From an uncultured virus (IMG/VR IMGVR_UViG_3300013772_000004) (lineage: Duplodnaviria > Heunggongvirae > Uroviricota > Caudoviricetes), in IMG/VR virus record IMGVR_UViG_3300013772_000004: a DNA stretch of 64,000 bases; one strand, written 5' to 3'. Shown piece after piece: positions 19,884 through 29,965 of this stretch (its first letter is position 1; each line of letters opens with the position of its first letter). The position numbers and the translations under genes are program-made. The notes below the pieces were generated by a model that made no database searches, was not told where the DNA came from, and worked only from the letters and a program-made list of their open reading frames with translations.

Positions 19884-20757
19884 CTTCTACGATTATCTCA
19901 AGAAACGTGACTCCATTCGTATTCGTAGAGCATACGGTCTGCCTCGTGAGCAGTGGACAGACGATCCAATTCTTCAGAAATATAAGTTCACGAATGTCCG
20001 TCGTCAGGACGACTGGACTACCCGCATGCTCGTAGACAGGTTCTACGATCGTGACGCCACCGACCAGAACAAGTTTCTCAACTGCGTTCTCGGTCGCTTC
20101 TTCGGTCAGTTCGAGACTCTTCAAGATCTCGGCTTTCAGTACGATCCAGCAGACATTCCGACGAACGTTCGTGACATGGTGGCCCGGAGGCAGGCTGCCA
20201 GGAAGTCAGTCTTCACTGGTTCGTACATCGTGCCAAACTGTGGGTCCGATCTACCAAAGCACGAGGTCGTGATCCGGATCGTCGACGAGTGCCGGACGTG
20301 GTTCAGGAAAGTGCGAGACGACATCTGGGGCGTCACTCCCATGCAAGACGTCGTGAAGTCTCTCGTTCGTAACGTCAACGGTATGGGATCTTTCATGGCT
20401 AAGGAGGTACTCCTCGATGTTAAGCTGATGACGAGTTGGCAGCCGTCTGACTGGAGCACCTGGACACCGATGGGGCCGGGGGCACGGCGCGGCGCCGCAC
20501 GTGTCGCAGGAGACGGCACGCTGCTCTCGCCGCTCTCCGAGGCTAAGGCCCTGGCGGTAGCGCAGCAGTTGTACGAGTCGCGTACGTCTCTCTGGCCGAG
20601 CCTCTTCGTATTCGATCATGCCGACGGTATCCGTACCACTGAGAGAGTACCAGATCTCGAACTCTGCGACATTCAGTTCGCTCTCTGTGAGTATGATAAG
20701 ATGTGGCGAGTTCGTCAGGGTGGACGAGCTAAGACATTATTCAGGCCTCGCAAATAA
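19870..20757 (+). CDS. aGPT-Pplase1 / 5-hmdU DNA kinase-type helical (HhH-like) enzyme
   Basis: R..G.P...WTDDPILQKYKFTNVRRQDD; GSFMAKEVLLD; GPGARRG; LCEYDK. Confidence 0.82.
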   Translation: MLTDDFYDYLKKRDSIRIRRAYGLPREQWTDDPILQKYKFTNVRRQDDWTTRMLVDRFYDRDATDQNKFLNCVLGRFFGQFETLQDLGFQYDPADIPTNVRDMVARRQAARKSVFTGSYIVPNCGSDLPKHEVVIRIVDECRTWFRKVRDDIWGVTPMQDVVKSLVRNVNGMGSFMAKEVLLDVKLMTSWQPSDWSTWTPMGPGARRGAARVAGDGTLLSPLSEAKALAVAQQLYESRTSLWPSLFVFDHADGIRTTERVPDLELCDIQFALCEYDKMWRVRQGGRAKTLFRPRK

Positions 20758-20850
20758 AAAGACAAAACTGAGTACGTTAGTGGTTGCACTCACCCACTCG
20801 CGTGCGTACAACTACTGGCTCACCGACAACAACGAACGAGGAAAACTCAC

Positions 20851-21534
20851 ATGGCAAAAGACACCGCTGCGGCGGACGCGAAGAACCTGGCGAAGGAAAA
20901 GGCTGCGAAGGACAAGGCGACTCTCGAGGCGAAGCAGGCCGACGACAAGCGCAAGGCCGACGAGGCCGTGAAGGCGAAGGCCGCGAAGGACAAGGCTCGC
21001 GCCGACGCAGCCGCCGCCAAGAAGCATGAGCAGGAGCAGGCGAAGATGGCCACTCAGGCGCAGCGTGAGGAGATGAAGGCCGCGAAGATGGCCGAGAAGG
21101 AGGAACTCCTCGCCCAGAGGCAGGCGGCGAAGGACGCAAAGATCGCAGAGCGCGAGCAGATGAAGGCGGCGCGCGCGGCCGAGCGGGCCGAGCGCAAGAG
21201 CACGCCGCGTGCTCCCAAGCCGTGGGAGGATCTCGTGGCCGGCACGTTCCAGCAGGCTCCGCGTGAGGGCGCTGTCCTCCACATCGTCCTCGAGCTGATC
21301 AAGGCGAACAACGGCGCGACCCTCGAGGAGCTCCAGGACGCGGTCGGCGAGAAGCACCCGATCCGCCGCCTGCTCTCCTGGGCCAACCGCGAGCGCGGCT
21401 ACGGCTTCACGCAGGTCAAGGCGACCGGCAAGATCAAGGCCGTCGCTCCGAACCTGAAGGTGGTCGAGGCGAAGCCGCCTGCGACTCCGAAGGCGCCGAA
21501 GGCCCCGAAGACGCAGGCTCCGGCCGCGAACTAA
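20851..21534 (+). CDS. Lys/Ala-rich coiled coil + DUF3489-like winged-helix protein
   Basis: PREGAVL..VLELI...GATLEELQDAVG.KH; histone-H1-like composition. Confidence 0.65.
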   Translation: MAKDTAAADAKNLAKEKAAKDKATLEAKQADDKRKADEAVKAKAAKDKARADAAAAKKHEQEQAKMATQAQREEMKAAKMAEKEELLAQRQAAKDAKIAEREQMKAARAAERAERKSTPRAPKPWEDLVAGTFQQAPREGAVLHIVLELIKANNGATLEELQDAVGEKHPIRRLLSWANRERGYGFTQVKATGKIKAVAPNLKVVEAKPPATPKAPKAPKTQAPAAN

Positions 21535-21549
21535 GGCTAGGGAGATTAG

Positions 21550-22335
21550 ATGACGAACTCCGTAAGGTACTACATTCCCACGCGCGGTCGTGTGGGGAAG
21601 CAGCTCACCCTAGAGAACCTCCCGGTTGGGGTTCGTCATCTAGTCACTCTAGTCTGTCCCGAAGATGAGGTGAACGGTCATCTCGGTGCGGGATTCGATC
21701 ATGTGGACTGCCGTGTCGTCGCACAGCCACCGGAGATCCAGACCATCGGCCAGAAGCGCGAGTGGATCTTCAAGACGCTGGCAGCCGACGACGGCGTGGA
21801 CTTCGCCTGGCAACTCGACGACGACCTGACACTCAAGACCCTCGGCCCGGGACAGCTCTTCAAGAAGTCGCAGAACCTGCCGGACCAGACACTCCAGTGG
21901 TTCCAGGAGACCGAGCCCAGACTCCGCGAGGAGTATCCGGTCCTCGGTCTCGGCACGAGCTACTTCGCTCCCAAGGGCGGCGTCCGCGATAACTACCATC
22001 TGGGCTTCGCGTGGGGCATGAACCGCGCAGCCATGGGCGCTCTCCAGATGAACCGGATGGACGTCTTCGAGGACATCGACTTCACCCTGCAGATGCTGCG
22101 CAAGGGGTTCAAGATCGGCGTCTGCTACGACGTGGTCGTCGACCAGAAGCAGCCCGACGCTCCGGGCGGTGTGACCGGCGAGCGCACTCCCGAGACCATT
22201 CAGCGCGACGTTCTACGCCTCATGAAACTCCACGACGGCATCGTCTCGATGAAACCGCTGAGGTCCGGAGCGCATCCGGCAGCGATCACTCGTGTCAACT
22301 GGATGAAGGCTGCCAAAGAGGGCGGTCTTCGGTAG
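21550..22335 (+). CDS. TET-associated (GREB1/base-J-type, GT-A) glycosyltransferase 1
   Basis: YIPTRGR, KREWI, QLDDDL, EDIDFTLQML..G and PGG motifs. Confidence 0.8.
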   Translation: MTNSVRYYIPTRGRVGKQLTLENLPVGVRHLVTLVCPEDEVNGHLGAGFDHVDCRVVAQPPEIQTIGQKREWIFKTLAADDGVDFAWQLDDDLTLKTLGPGQLFKKSQNLPDQTLQWFQETEPRLREEYPVLGLGTSYFAPKGGVRDNYHLGFAWGMNRAAMGALQMNRMDVFEDIDFTLQMLRKGFKIGVCYDVVVDQKQPDAPGGVTGERTPETIQRDVLRLMKLHDGIVSMKPLRSGAHPAAITRVNWMKAAKEGGLR

Positions 22336-22389
22336 TACCACGGCGCTCTTTTTCCTTACCCGTCTGAACAAGCAATCTCGGAGCAATCT

Positions 22390-23187
22390 ATGGACATGTC
22401 AGTCGTCATCCCGTCGAAGGGGCGCATGGGCGCTCAGTACACCATCGGCAATCTACCAGAGGACTGGTGCGAGCGGGTGCATCTCGTCGTGGACGAGTCT
22501 GACGCCTGTGAGGTACCGCAGTACGATCTCCGCGGCGCCACGGTACACGTACACCCGCCCGACATCGACACTATCGCCAAGAAGAGGCAGTGGATCGTCG
22601 AGAACCACGCGCGCTTCGGCTCGCCGAAGATCGTCATGCTGGACGACGACCTGAAGTTCTCGGTGCGTAGGCCCGGTGGGGACTACACGAGTCTCTTCAA
22701 GCCGACGGACGAGGAGTTGTCTGTCGCCTTCTACACCCTCGAGCTGTACCTCGACACCTACGTTCACGCCGGATGGTCCATGCGTCAGGGCAACAACCAG
22801 TGCGAGGACGACACCGTCGAGAACGCTCGCATGTGCTTTGCTCTGGGCTACCGATGCGACTGGATCATGCAGATGGTCGAGAACGGGTTCGTGGAGATGA
22901 ACCGTGTGTCGGTCCGAGAGGACATGGACATGACTCTTCAACTCCTGCGTGCCGGCCGGCCGAACCACGTAGACTTCACCGTCGCCGTCGATCAGGTCAA
23001 GGGGTTCGCAGCTCCTGGTGGCTGCACCGACGAGCGTACCCTGGAGGTGTCCGACGCGGAGGCACTCCGTCTCGCCGAGCTGCATCCGGGCCTGGTGCGC
23101 GTGGTGGACAAGGAGTACGAGGGCTCACCCATGCGAAAAGAGGTGGTCGTCAGCTGGAAAAAGGCGTTCAAGCAGGCTAGGGTGTAG
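22390..23187 (+). CDS. TET-associated-type glycosyltransferase 2 (paralog)
   Basis: IPSKGR, KRQWI, MLDDDL, EDMDMTLQLL..G and APGGC motifs. Confidence 0.82.
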   Translation: MDMSVVIPSKGRMGAQYTIGNLPEDWCERVHLVVDESDACEVPQYDLRGATVHVHPPDIDTIAKKRQWIVENHARFGSPKIVMLDDDLKFSVRRPGGDYTSLFKPTDEELSVAFYTLELYLDTYVHAGWSMRQGNNQCEDDTVENARMCFALGYRCDWIMQMVENGFVEMNRVSVREDMDMTLQLLRAGRPNHVDFTVAVDQVKGFAAPGGCTDERTLEVSDAEALRLAELHPGLVRVVDKEYEGSPMRKEVVVSWKKAFKQARV

Positions 23188-23189
23188 AG

Positions 23190-23909
23190 GTGATCCTAGG
23201 ATTTAGCGACGCCAGTATCTCAGTGGTGAAGCGCGGTGGACTGGAGGTAAGCGCGCAGGCGGATCTCTGCATCCACATAGGCGAGCGGGTGTGTCCCGAG
23301 ATCTATCGCATCGTGCCCGGAGGGTACGAGATGGAGATGCTGGAACCCGCCCCTCGGCGCGGCGTGGTTCAACTGGCAGAGGTGGTCCAGCGGCTTCGTA
23401 GCGAGGTATGGGATCGTCCCGAGTTCGTACCGCACGCCAGGTCGCCTCAGTGGTTGGAGCTACAGCGACGGTGGTGTGCTCTCAACGCGGTGTGGCTGGT
23501 AGACTCGCTTCACCGACTGTACCCGACGGAGCCGGTGGACGGCTACTGTCTCATCCACGGCGACCCCGCTCTCTCGAACCTGATGGTACGTGGCGAGTAT
23601 CTCGTACTGACAGACCCCATGCCGCGCCTCGCATACCGCGCCGAGATTCCCAATCTACCGGAGGTAGACTGCGGCAAGCTCGTTCAGTCGGCCTGCGGCT
23701 GGGAGCGCATGCTGGGCGTAGAGTCGTCTCTGTGGAACGAGCCACAGACACTTCTCGGTATGATTCCAGAGGAGATGCGCGACAAGGCCGTCTTCTGGGG
23801 CGCTGTCCACCTCGCCCGCGTAGCCCTCCGGGCACGAACGAAGGACAAGCAGCGAATCGCGGACTGGGCAGCGTCTCAGTCTCAGGCGCTGGTGAGGAGC
23901 TACCTGTGA
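23190..23909 (+). CDS. APH/choline-kinase-like phosphotransferase
   Basis: IHGDPALSN Brenner motif followed by LTDP. Confidence 0.78.
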   Translation: MILGFSDASISVVKRGGLEVSAQADLCIHIGERVCPEIYRIVPGGYEMEMLEPAPRRGVVQLAEVVQRLRSEVWDRPEFVPHARSPQWLELQRRWCALNAVWLVDSLHRLYPTEPVDGYCLIHGDPALSNLMVRGEYLVLTDPMPRLAYRAEIPNLPEVDCGKLVQSACGWERMLGVESSLWNEPQTLLGMIPEEMRDKAVFWGAVHLARVALRARTKDKQRIADWAASQSQALVRSYL

Positions 23910-24664
23910 CATTCTGGAAGAACGACTGGGGCGGACCCGGTCTGGCTACGATCGTCCTGGCGTGCGGCGAGTCTCGACGTTTCCAGAACTTCGGCTACGA
24001 GACGCCCAAGCAGTACATCCAGTTCGAGATCGACCACGCGATGGGATCGCCGCGCTATCTTGAGAACTTCATGTGCGAGAACGTACTGGCTGGTCTCAGC
24101 ACTCCGACGATCGTGACCACCGTAGGTCTCGAGAAGCACCACGAGTACCTTCTCCGTGTGGCGAACAACACACTGATGGTGCCGTCCAGCAGAGGACAGG
24201 CGCAGACCGCTCTACACAAGTTCGACGCTCTCGATACTCTCGAGTGCTACACCGACGCTCTGATCGTCAACTGCGACAACGGGTTCGCGCCCGGAGTGCT
24301 GGACCGACTCGTGGAGCGTGGTCGCGGTGCGAACTGCATCGCTGTACTGACATTCGAGACTCTCGAGAGCGAGGAGACACGCTGGAGCTTCGTCGACGAC
24401 CATCCATTCTTCACCACGACCGGAGAGAAACAGCACGTATCCAGCTGTACTCGCGCCATCGCTGGTGCATACTACGTGCCCCGTCGCCTGTTTAAGGAGT
24501 TCCGTGACTCGCTGTATGCGACGACCGTTAACCCCTCCGGGCACGAGCCCTATATCAGTCACGCGCTTCGAGGCGTCGCGGGAAAGAAACTGTCGGTGGG
24601 TATGTATCGCGCAGAGTTTTACGATTGGGGAACGCCGGAGTCCTTCAAGGAGTTTATCAGGTGA
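23906..24664 (+). CDS. Sugar-phosphate nucleotidyltransferase (GT-A NTP_transferase)
   Basis: VLACGESRRF...PKQ, IVNCD and WGTPE motifs. Confidence 0.82.
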   Translation: MTFWKNDWGGPGLATIVLACGESRRFQNFGYETPKQYIQFEIDHAMGSPRYLENFMCENVLAGLSTPTIVTTVGLEKHHEYLLRVANNTLMVPSSRGQAQTALHKFDALDTLECYTDALIVNCDNGFAPGVLDRLVERGRGANCIAVLTFETLESEETRWSFVDDHPFFTTTGEKQHVSSCTRAIAGAYYVPRRLFKEFRDSLYATTVNPSGHEPYISHALRGVAGKKLSVGMYRAEFYDWGTPESFKEFIR

Positions 24665-25764
24665 ATGTCATTCGAGTTCGCAACGTACACGCTGCTCTGC
24701 CGTTGGCGATGCAGATTCTCAAGACCGTCGGAGTCAAGACCGACAGTCGCAACGGTGCCGTCAGGCAGGCCGTCGGTCCAGTGACGACGCTGTACGAGCG
24801 CCCACTGGAGCGGGTGATGTTCTGGCCTCAGCGCGACGCCAACCCGTTCTTCCACTTCTTCGAGTCGCTGTGGATGCTTGGCGGGCGTAACGACGTCGAG
24901 AGCGTCAGGCGCTTCGCCGGCAACATGGAGAACTATAGCGACGACAAGCAGACATTCTGGGGAGCGTACGGATACCGATGGCGCAGGGGAATGTCTTCCG
25001 ACGCTGACGCCGGCTCTGGGGTACATGATCAACTGAGGATCGTAGCTGACCTGCTTCGCAAGAACCCGCTGGATCGCCGCTGCGTTCTGCAGATGTGGGA
25101 CGGCGTCAGCGACCTCGCTCGCGACGGTAAGGACGTTCCGTGCAACACTACCGCCACCTTCCAGCGATGCCCGGAGACGGGTAGGCTCGACCTGGTGGTC
25201 TTCTGTCGCTCGAACGACATCGTGTGGGGCTGCTACGGCGCCAACGCGGTTCAGTTCTCGACGCTCCTGGAGTACGTGGCGTTCAGGGCCGGGATGACTC
25301 CCGGTACCTACAGCCAGGTCTCAGTCAACTGGCACGGGTACGACAAGACGTTCGATCCCCTGTGGGACAAGTTCGACGTGGGGCTGACTCCTGGCGACAT
25401 CAGCGAGTACGTCAGCGCACACACTCCCTACGATGTCTCGTCGGCCGTCAAGCCATACCCGCTGATCTCCAAGGGTAGCGACGCCAACGAGTGGGACCAA
25501 GACCTCAACCGGCTGCTCAACCACAAGGGTCGATGCCCGGTAGAGGGGCGATGGAGGGACCCGTTCTGGGAGGCCGTCACCCTGCCCATCCTCCGGGCAC
25601 ACGACAGTCACAAGGAGGGCCGGACCGAGAACGCGATGGCTCAGGTTCAGGAGTGTCAGGCGACCGACTGGCGCCTCGCCTGCTATCAGTGGCTGGAGCG
25701 CAGGTTTCTCAGGCAGACCAAGGCGGCGGACGACGGCGTGGAGTACCCGGAGGCACTGCGATGA
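24661..25764 (+). CDS. Thymidylate-synthase-fold enzyme, likely dUMP hydroxymethylase
   Basis: RDANPFFH, KDVPCN and RSNDIVWGCYGAN motifs; Asn at the specificity position indicates dUMP rather than dCMP. Confidence 0.85.
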   Translation: MNVIRVRNVHAALPLAMQILKTVGVKTDSRNGAVRQAVGPVTTLYERPLERVMFWPQRDANPFFHFFESLWMLGGRNDVESVRRFAGNMENYSDDKQTFWGAYGYRWRRGMSSDADAGSGVHDQLRIVADLLRKNPLDRRCVLQMWDGVSDLARDGKDVPCNTTATFQRCPETGRLDLVVFCRSNDIVWGCYGANAVQFSTLLEYVAFRAGMTPGTYSQVSVNWHGYDKTFDPLWDKFDVGLTPGDISEYVSAHTPYDVSSAVKPYPLISKGSDANEWDQDLNRLLNHKGRCPVEGRWRDPFWEAVTLPILRAHDSHKEGRTENAMAQVQECQATDWRLACYQWLERRFLRQTKAADDGVEYPEALR

Positions 25765-26375
25765 CCACCCGCGTTCTTCTCGACTGTGACGGCGTACTCG
25801 CCGACTTCATGACGCCCGCACTCGAGACCATGAACCGCCTCCTGGGCACCGACAAGCGCCTGGAGGACATGAAGTCCTGGTACCTGTTCGACGCATTCGA
25901 GCCGGAGCTAGTCGTCACGAGTAAGCAGCGCGAGGCGTGCTACGACGAGTGGAAGAAGCCCGGATGGTGCGCTGCCCTGGAGTCGCTTCCCGGTGCCAGA
26001 GAGGCCGTACTGTCTCTCCGAGGCATGGGGTGTGAGGTGATCGTAGTGACCTCGCCGATGGACGGCTCGACGTGGGTCCACGAGCGCGATCACTGGCTTC
26101 GCCGGAACTTCGGCCTGAACCGCGACAGCATCATCCACACGAACGCGAAGCACGCGGTCGCCGGCGATCTCTTCGTGGACGACAAGACCGAGCACTGTGC
26201 TGTCTGGAGGCGTTGTCATCCGAACGGGTTGGCGATAAGGTGGGGCACCTACACGAACCACCACACTCCGTACGACGGGATCACCAGCAGCGACTGGGAC
26301 TACGTCGTGAGGATGGCGGAAGTAACACAGACAGCGAGACAGGAGCACAGGGTATGGACACACCGGACTACATGA
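25761..26375 (+). CDS. HAD 5'(3')-deoxyribonucleotidase
   Basis: LLDCDGVLADF, VTSP and FVDD motifs. Confidence 0.88.
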   Translation: MTTRVLLDCDGVLADFMTPALETMNRLLGTDKRLEDMKSWYLFDAFEPELVVTSKQREACYDEWKKPGWCAALESLPGAREAVLSLRGMGCEVIVVTSPMDGSTWVHERDHWLRRNFGLNRDSIIHTNAKHAVAGDLFVDDKTEHCAVWRRCHPNGLAIRWGTYTNHHTPYDGITSSDWDYVVRMAEVTQTARQEHRVWTHRTT

Positions 26376-26869
26376 ACAAGATCGAGAGCGTCTCGAGGAG
26401 CATCTCCGACCAGACCTCACTGAGGGCAGTGGGGCTCGAGTTACTCAAGAAGTGGGGAGACTTCGAGGAATTCATCTCACGCTACAACTACAACGTCCTG
26501 TCTGGCTACTACGGTATCAGTACCAGGATGGAGGAACTCTGTGGTCTGCTGTACCGCGTACCCGAGGCAGAGTGGGAGCTGGACTGCAAGCAGCTCGTCT
26601 TCAAGAATAAGGAGTACGGCGGCTCGTGGCACCAGCGCGGAGGTACCGGCGCATTCTTCATGCTCGCACGGAAGATGGATCGTGTGGTGGTCGCCATGGC
26701 GCGCAGCGGTAACGATCTAGGTCACCTCATTGCCAGCGACAAGCGCCAGGAGGGGGTGCTCGACGATCTCGGCGACCTGCGGCGGTATCTCATTCTGTGC
26801 CTCGCGTGGCTCAGTGCCGAGAACGAGCCGGAGGCGCCCGTATCTCAGGTCGAAGTAGAGCCGTTCTGA
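26354..26869 (+). CDS. Nmad1/DUF1599-like (MazG-fold) nucleotide-modification-associated protein
   Basis: KNKEYGGSW..RGG.GAF.MLARK.DR...DDLGDLRRY. Confidence 0.7.
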   Translation: MDTPDYMNKIESVSRSISDQTSLRAVGLELLKKWGDFEEFISRYNYNVLSGYYGISTRMEELCGLLYRVPEAEWELDCKQLVFKNKEYGGSWHQRGGTGAFFMLARKMDRVVVAMARSGNDLGHLIASDKRQEGVLDDLGDLRRYLILCLAWLSAENEPEAPVSQVEVEPF

Positions 26870-27165
26870 TGCGAGCGCGGTACCGCTACAGTCGTCCACT
26901 CCTATACCTGAGCTTCGCACTGTCGATGATCTCCGCACTACTGGCGGTCCTTGACACACGGACGACTCTCTGGGCATTCGTGATGCTGACTAGCTCCTGG
27001 GTCTATGCCATCAACTACTATCTTCTCGCCAGAGCACTCGACAAGGCGCTCTCCTCAATGATCGAGAAGAGTGTCGCCAGTGGTCTACAGGCCGCGCTGG
27101 AGAAGCAGTTCGGGCGGCCCACCATGTCCGGCGAGATCGAGAGTGCCATGAGAGACCTCGCCTAG
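26869..27165 (+). CDS. Small membrane protein
   Basis: Two hydrophobic helices; TGATG coupling. Confidence 0.55.
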   Translation: MRARYRYSRPLLYLSFALSMISALLAVLDTRTTLWAFVMLTSSWVYAINYYLLARALDKALSSMIEKSVASGLQAALEKQFGRPTMSGEIESAMRDLA

Positions 27166-29148
27166 ATGCAACTCCCGTTCGGCTTCGCCGTTCCGCAGGT
27201 AGACTGGAAGCCACCAGTCATCAGTGAACTTCCAAGATGGAGTGACTACAAGCGTGTCTGCTACGACGTCGAGACGAAGGACCCGGAACTTCAGGACAGT
27301 CCCGGAGTTAAGGGAATGGGGCCAGGAGACTTTCGCCCTGGCAACCATATCGTGGGAGTTGGGTTCGCTCTCGAGGATGGACCCTCATACTATCTACCGA
27401 TACGTCACGAGAGCGGCGACAATCTCAACGTCGATCACGTACTGGCTTACGTGCGAGATCAGGCGAAGAGCTTCTCAGGAACAGTGGTCGGAGCGAATCT
27501 GGCGTACGACCTTGGCTTCTCTCGAAGAGATCGTATCTACTTTGACGAGTCGCGTGCCAAGTTCCGAGACGTGATCAACGCGGCGGTACTCATCAACGAG
27601 CTCCAGATGAGCTACTCGCTCGACGCCATCCTGAAGCGCGAGGGCCTCCCCGGCAAGGACGAGGATGAACTGAAGGAGTTCGCCAAGGGCTACAAGATTC
27701 ATCCCAAGCGGGAGATGTACAAGCTGCCCGGGAGGGCGGTGGCGAGATACGCACTCCAGGACGTGAATGCGCCGCTGGCACTGCTGCGTCGGCAGGAGAA
27801 GCAGATCGACGAGGCCGGCATCCAGAAGATCTGGGACATGGAGACCGACGTGCTGCCAATCCTCGTGCGCATGCGCGAGCGCGGCGTACGGGTGGATCTC
27901 GACAAGGTAGACCAGATCGAGCGGTGGGCGATCGGCCAGGCTACGGAGCGTCTCGCGTTCGTCAAGAGCGCAACCGGCTGCGAGGTCGGCTTCCACGACG
28001 TGTGGAAGAGCGAGGTGATGGCGCGGCCACTCCTGACACTTGGCATCAAGGTCCCGCTGAACGAGCCGAATAAGAAGGGCGATCAGTCACACAGTATCAC
28101 CGGTGACTTCCTCGAGAAGTGTGGCGAGGTGGGCGTGGCCCTCGGTCGAGCCCGTGACTACAACAAGCTGGTCACCACGTTCTGCGCACGCACGAAGCGG
28201 TACGCCATCAACGGTCGGATCCACGCCGTCATCCACCAGCTGCGCAACACGAAGGATGACGGCGACACGAAGGGAGCACGCTATGGTAGGTTCTCGAGCG
28301 AGCACTACAACATCCAGCAGGAGCCAGCTCGTGACGACGAGTTCGGGGACATGTGGAGGAGCGTCTACGTTCCCGACGACGGTAAGTTCTGGGTCTGCTC
28401 TGACTGGTCCCAGCAAGAGCCACGCATCGCCGTACACTACGCGGAGCTCCTGGGCTTACCTGGAGCGAAGGAGTTTGCTGAGCGGTATCGACGAGATCCT
28501 TCTCTAGACTGCCACCAGATGCTGGCCGATCTCACTGGTATCGTCCGGAAGATTGTGAAGAACTACTTCAACGGCGCCATCTACGGGATGGGCGACGGCA
28601 AGCTCTGCCGAGCCATCGGTCATCCGACGCAGCTGTCCTCCCGCAACGGCAAGGTCTTCGAGGCACCAGGACCGACCGGCAAGGTGATCATCGACAAGTT
28701 CCGAGCGATGGTGCCGTGGGTCTCCGGGCTGACCCGGGAGGCATCTCGTAGAGCCGAGGCGGTCGGTATGGTCTGGACGACTGGTGGTCGCCGATGCAAC
28801 TTCGAGAAGGGGCCGGACGGGAAGTACATGTTCACCCACAAGGCGTTCTCGAGGATCGGACAGGGCAGTGCGGCAGACCAGATGAAGCTCACCCTGATCG
28901 CCGCCGACCGTGCTGGCATCCCGATTCAGCTAATCGTCCACGACGAGTTCGACTACAGCTGCTCGGATCTCAGGCAGGCCCGTGAGCTGCGCGAACTCCA
29001 GATGAACACGATGAAGTTCAACGTGCCGATGCTGGTGGACTGCGAGATTGGCCCAAACTGGGGAACCCTGACGAAGCTGTCGAAGCTAGACAAGGAGGGT
29101 CGCACCGACGCCTTCATGAAGGAGCTGGGCTTCCCCGTGGTAGCCTGA
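27166..29148 (+). CDS. Family A DNA polymerase with 3'-5' exonuclease
   Basis: YDVET, GRFSS, DWSQQEPR, K..F.G.IYG and VHDE motifs. Confidence 0.95.
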   Translation: MQLPFGFAVPQVDWKPPVISELPRWSDYKRVCYDVETKDPELQDSPGVKGMGPGDFRPGNHIVGVGFALEDGPSYYLPIRHESGDNLNVDHVLAYVRDQAKSFSGTVVGANLAYDLGFSRRDRIYFDESRAKFRDVINAAVLINELQMSYSLDAILKREGLPGKDEDELKEFAKGYKIHPKREMYKLPGRAVARYALQDVNAPLALLRRQEKQIDEAGIQKIWDMETDVLPILVRMRERGVRVDLDKVDQIERWAIGQATERLAFVKSATGCEVGFHDVWKSEVMARPLLTLGIKVPLNEPNKKGDQSHSITGDFLEKCGEVGVALGRARDYNKLVTTFCARTKRYAINGRIHAVIHQLRNTKDDGDTKGARYGRFSSEHYNIQQEPARDDEFGDMWRSVYVPDDGKFWVCSDWSQQEPRIAVHYAELLGLPGAKEFAERYRRDPSLDCHQMLADLTGIVRKIVKNYFNGAIYGMGDGKLCRAIGHPTQLSSRNGKVFEAPGPTGKVIIDKFRAMVPWVSGLTREASRRAEAVGMVWTTGGRRCNFEKGPDGKYMFTHKAFSRIGQGSAADQMKLTLIAADRAGIPIQLIVHDEFDYSCSDLRQARELRELQMNTMKFNVPMLVDCEIGPNWGTLTKLSKLDKEGRTDAFMKELGFPVVA

Positions 29149-29155
29149 CCAAATC

Positions 29156-29965
29156 ATGAGGATCTGCTGCATCGACACCGAGACTACGGGTCTCGAGCCC
29201 GAGACCAACTACGTCGTAGACTTCTGCATTCGTACCCTGTACGATCAGCCCGACACCATGCCGAACGACTCCATGGTCTGGCGCGTCAGGCCACCGATCT
29301 CCATGCCGGAGATCGCCGGCAAGACGCACGGCATCACCGACGACATGCTGAGGGATCACCCCGCTCTCGACGCGACCCTCGCCCGCGTCTGGGCAGAGTG
29401 GATCGAGAGGTACGACGCGATCGTCGGCTACAATCCCGACTACGACATCGCGATGCTCCAGACAGAGTTCAAGCGGCACGGTGTCGAGTGCAAGTGGCCG
29501 AAGATCGTCGTGTGCTGCAAGAGAATGTGGGACGCCGCCGAGCCACCTCCGTCGCGAGCTCTTCAGTTCGCCTACAAGAAGTTCGTCGACGAGGCCGGCT
29601 TCGAGGGTGCTCATGGCGCGGCGGCAGACGTGGACGCGACCATCCGAGTCTTCAACGCCGCGCGAGCTCACTACGGCCTGCAGGAGAAGACCCTGTCGGA
29701 GCTCGATCCCAAGCGCGCCCTCTGGTGTGGCCCCACTGATCACCTCCTCTGGGCAGACAGCACGAAGACAGCACTGATCTGTAACTTCGGGAAGGACCAT
29801 CGCGGCAAGAACCTCGGTGACGTCGACTTCGGCATGCTGAAGTGGATCATGGGTAAGGACTTTCCCGAGCACGTGAAGCGCACGGTCAAGTACCTGATGA
29901 GTATCTCACAGCTCTCCAACAAGAACGAGCTGGTGGCGACGTACGCCCGGGAGAGGGATACGTGA
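29156..29965 (+). CDS. DnaQ/DEDDh 3'-5' exonuclease
   Basis: IDTETTG, YNPDYD, HGAAADV; C-terminal FGK.HRG. Confidence 0.92.
   Translation: MRICCIDTETTGLEPETNYVVDFCIRTLYDQPDTMPNDSMVWRVRPPISMPEIAGKTHGITDDMLRDHPALDATLARVWAEWIERYDAIVGYNPDYDIAMLQTEFKRHGVECKWPKIVVCCKRMWDAAEPPPSRALQFAYKKFVDEAGFEGAHGAAADVDATIRVFNAARAHYGLQEKTLSELDPKRALWCGPTDHLLWADSTKTALICNFGKDHRGKNLGDVDFGMLKWIMGKDFPEHVKRTVKYLMSISQLSNKNELVATYARERDT

Noticed and set aside
24661..25764. dCMP hydroxymethylase (T4-like hmC pathway)
   Set aside because: The specificity residue appears to be Asn, and dCMP deaminase, dUTPase and the hmdU-kinase-type gene point to uracil chemistry
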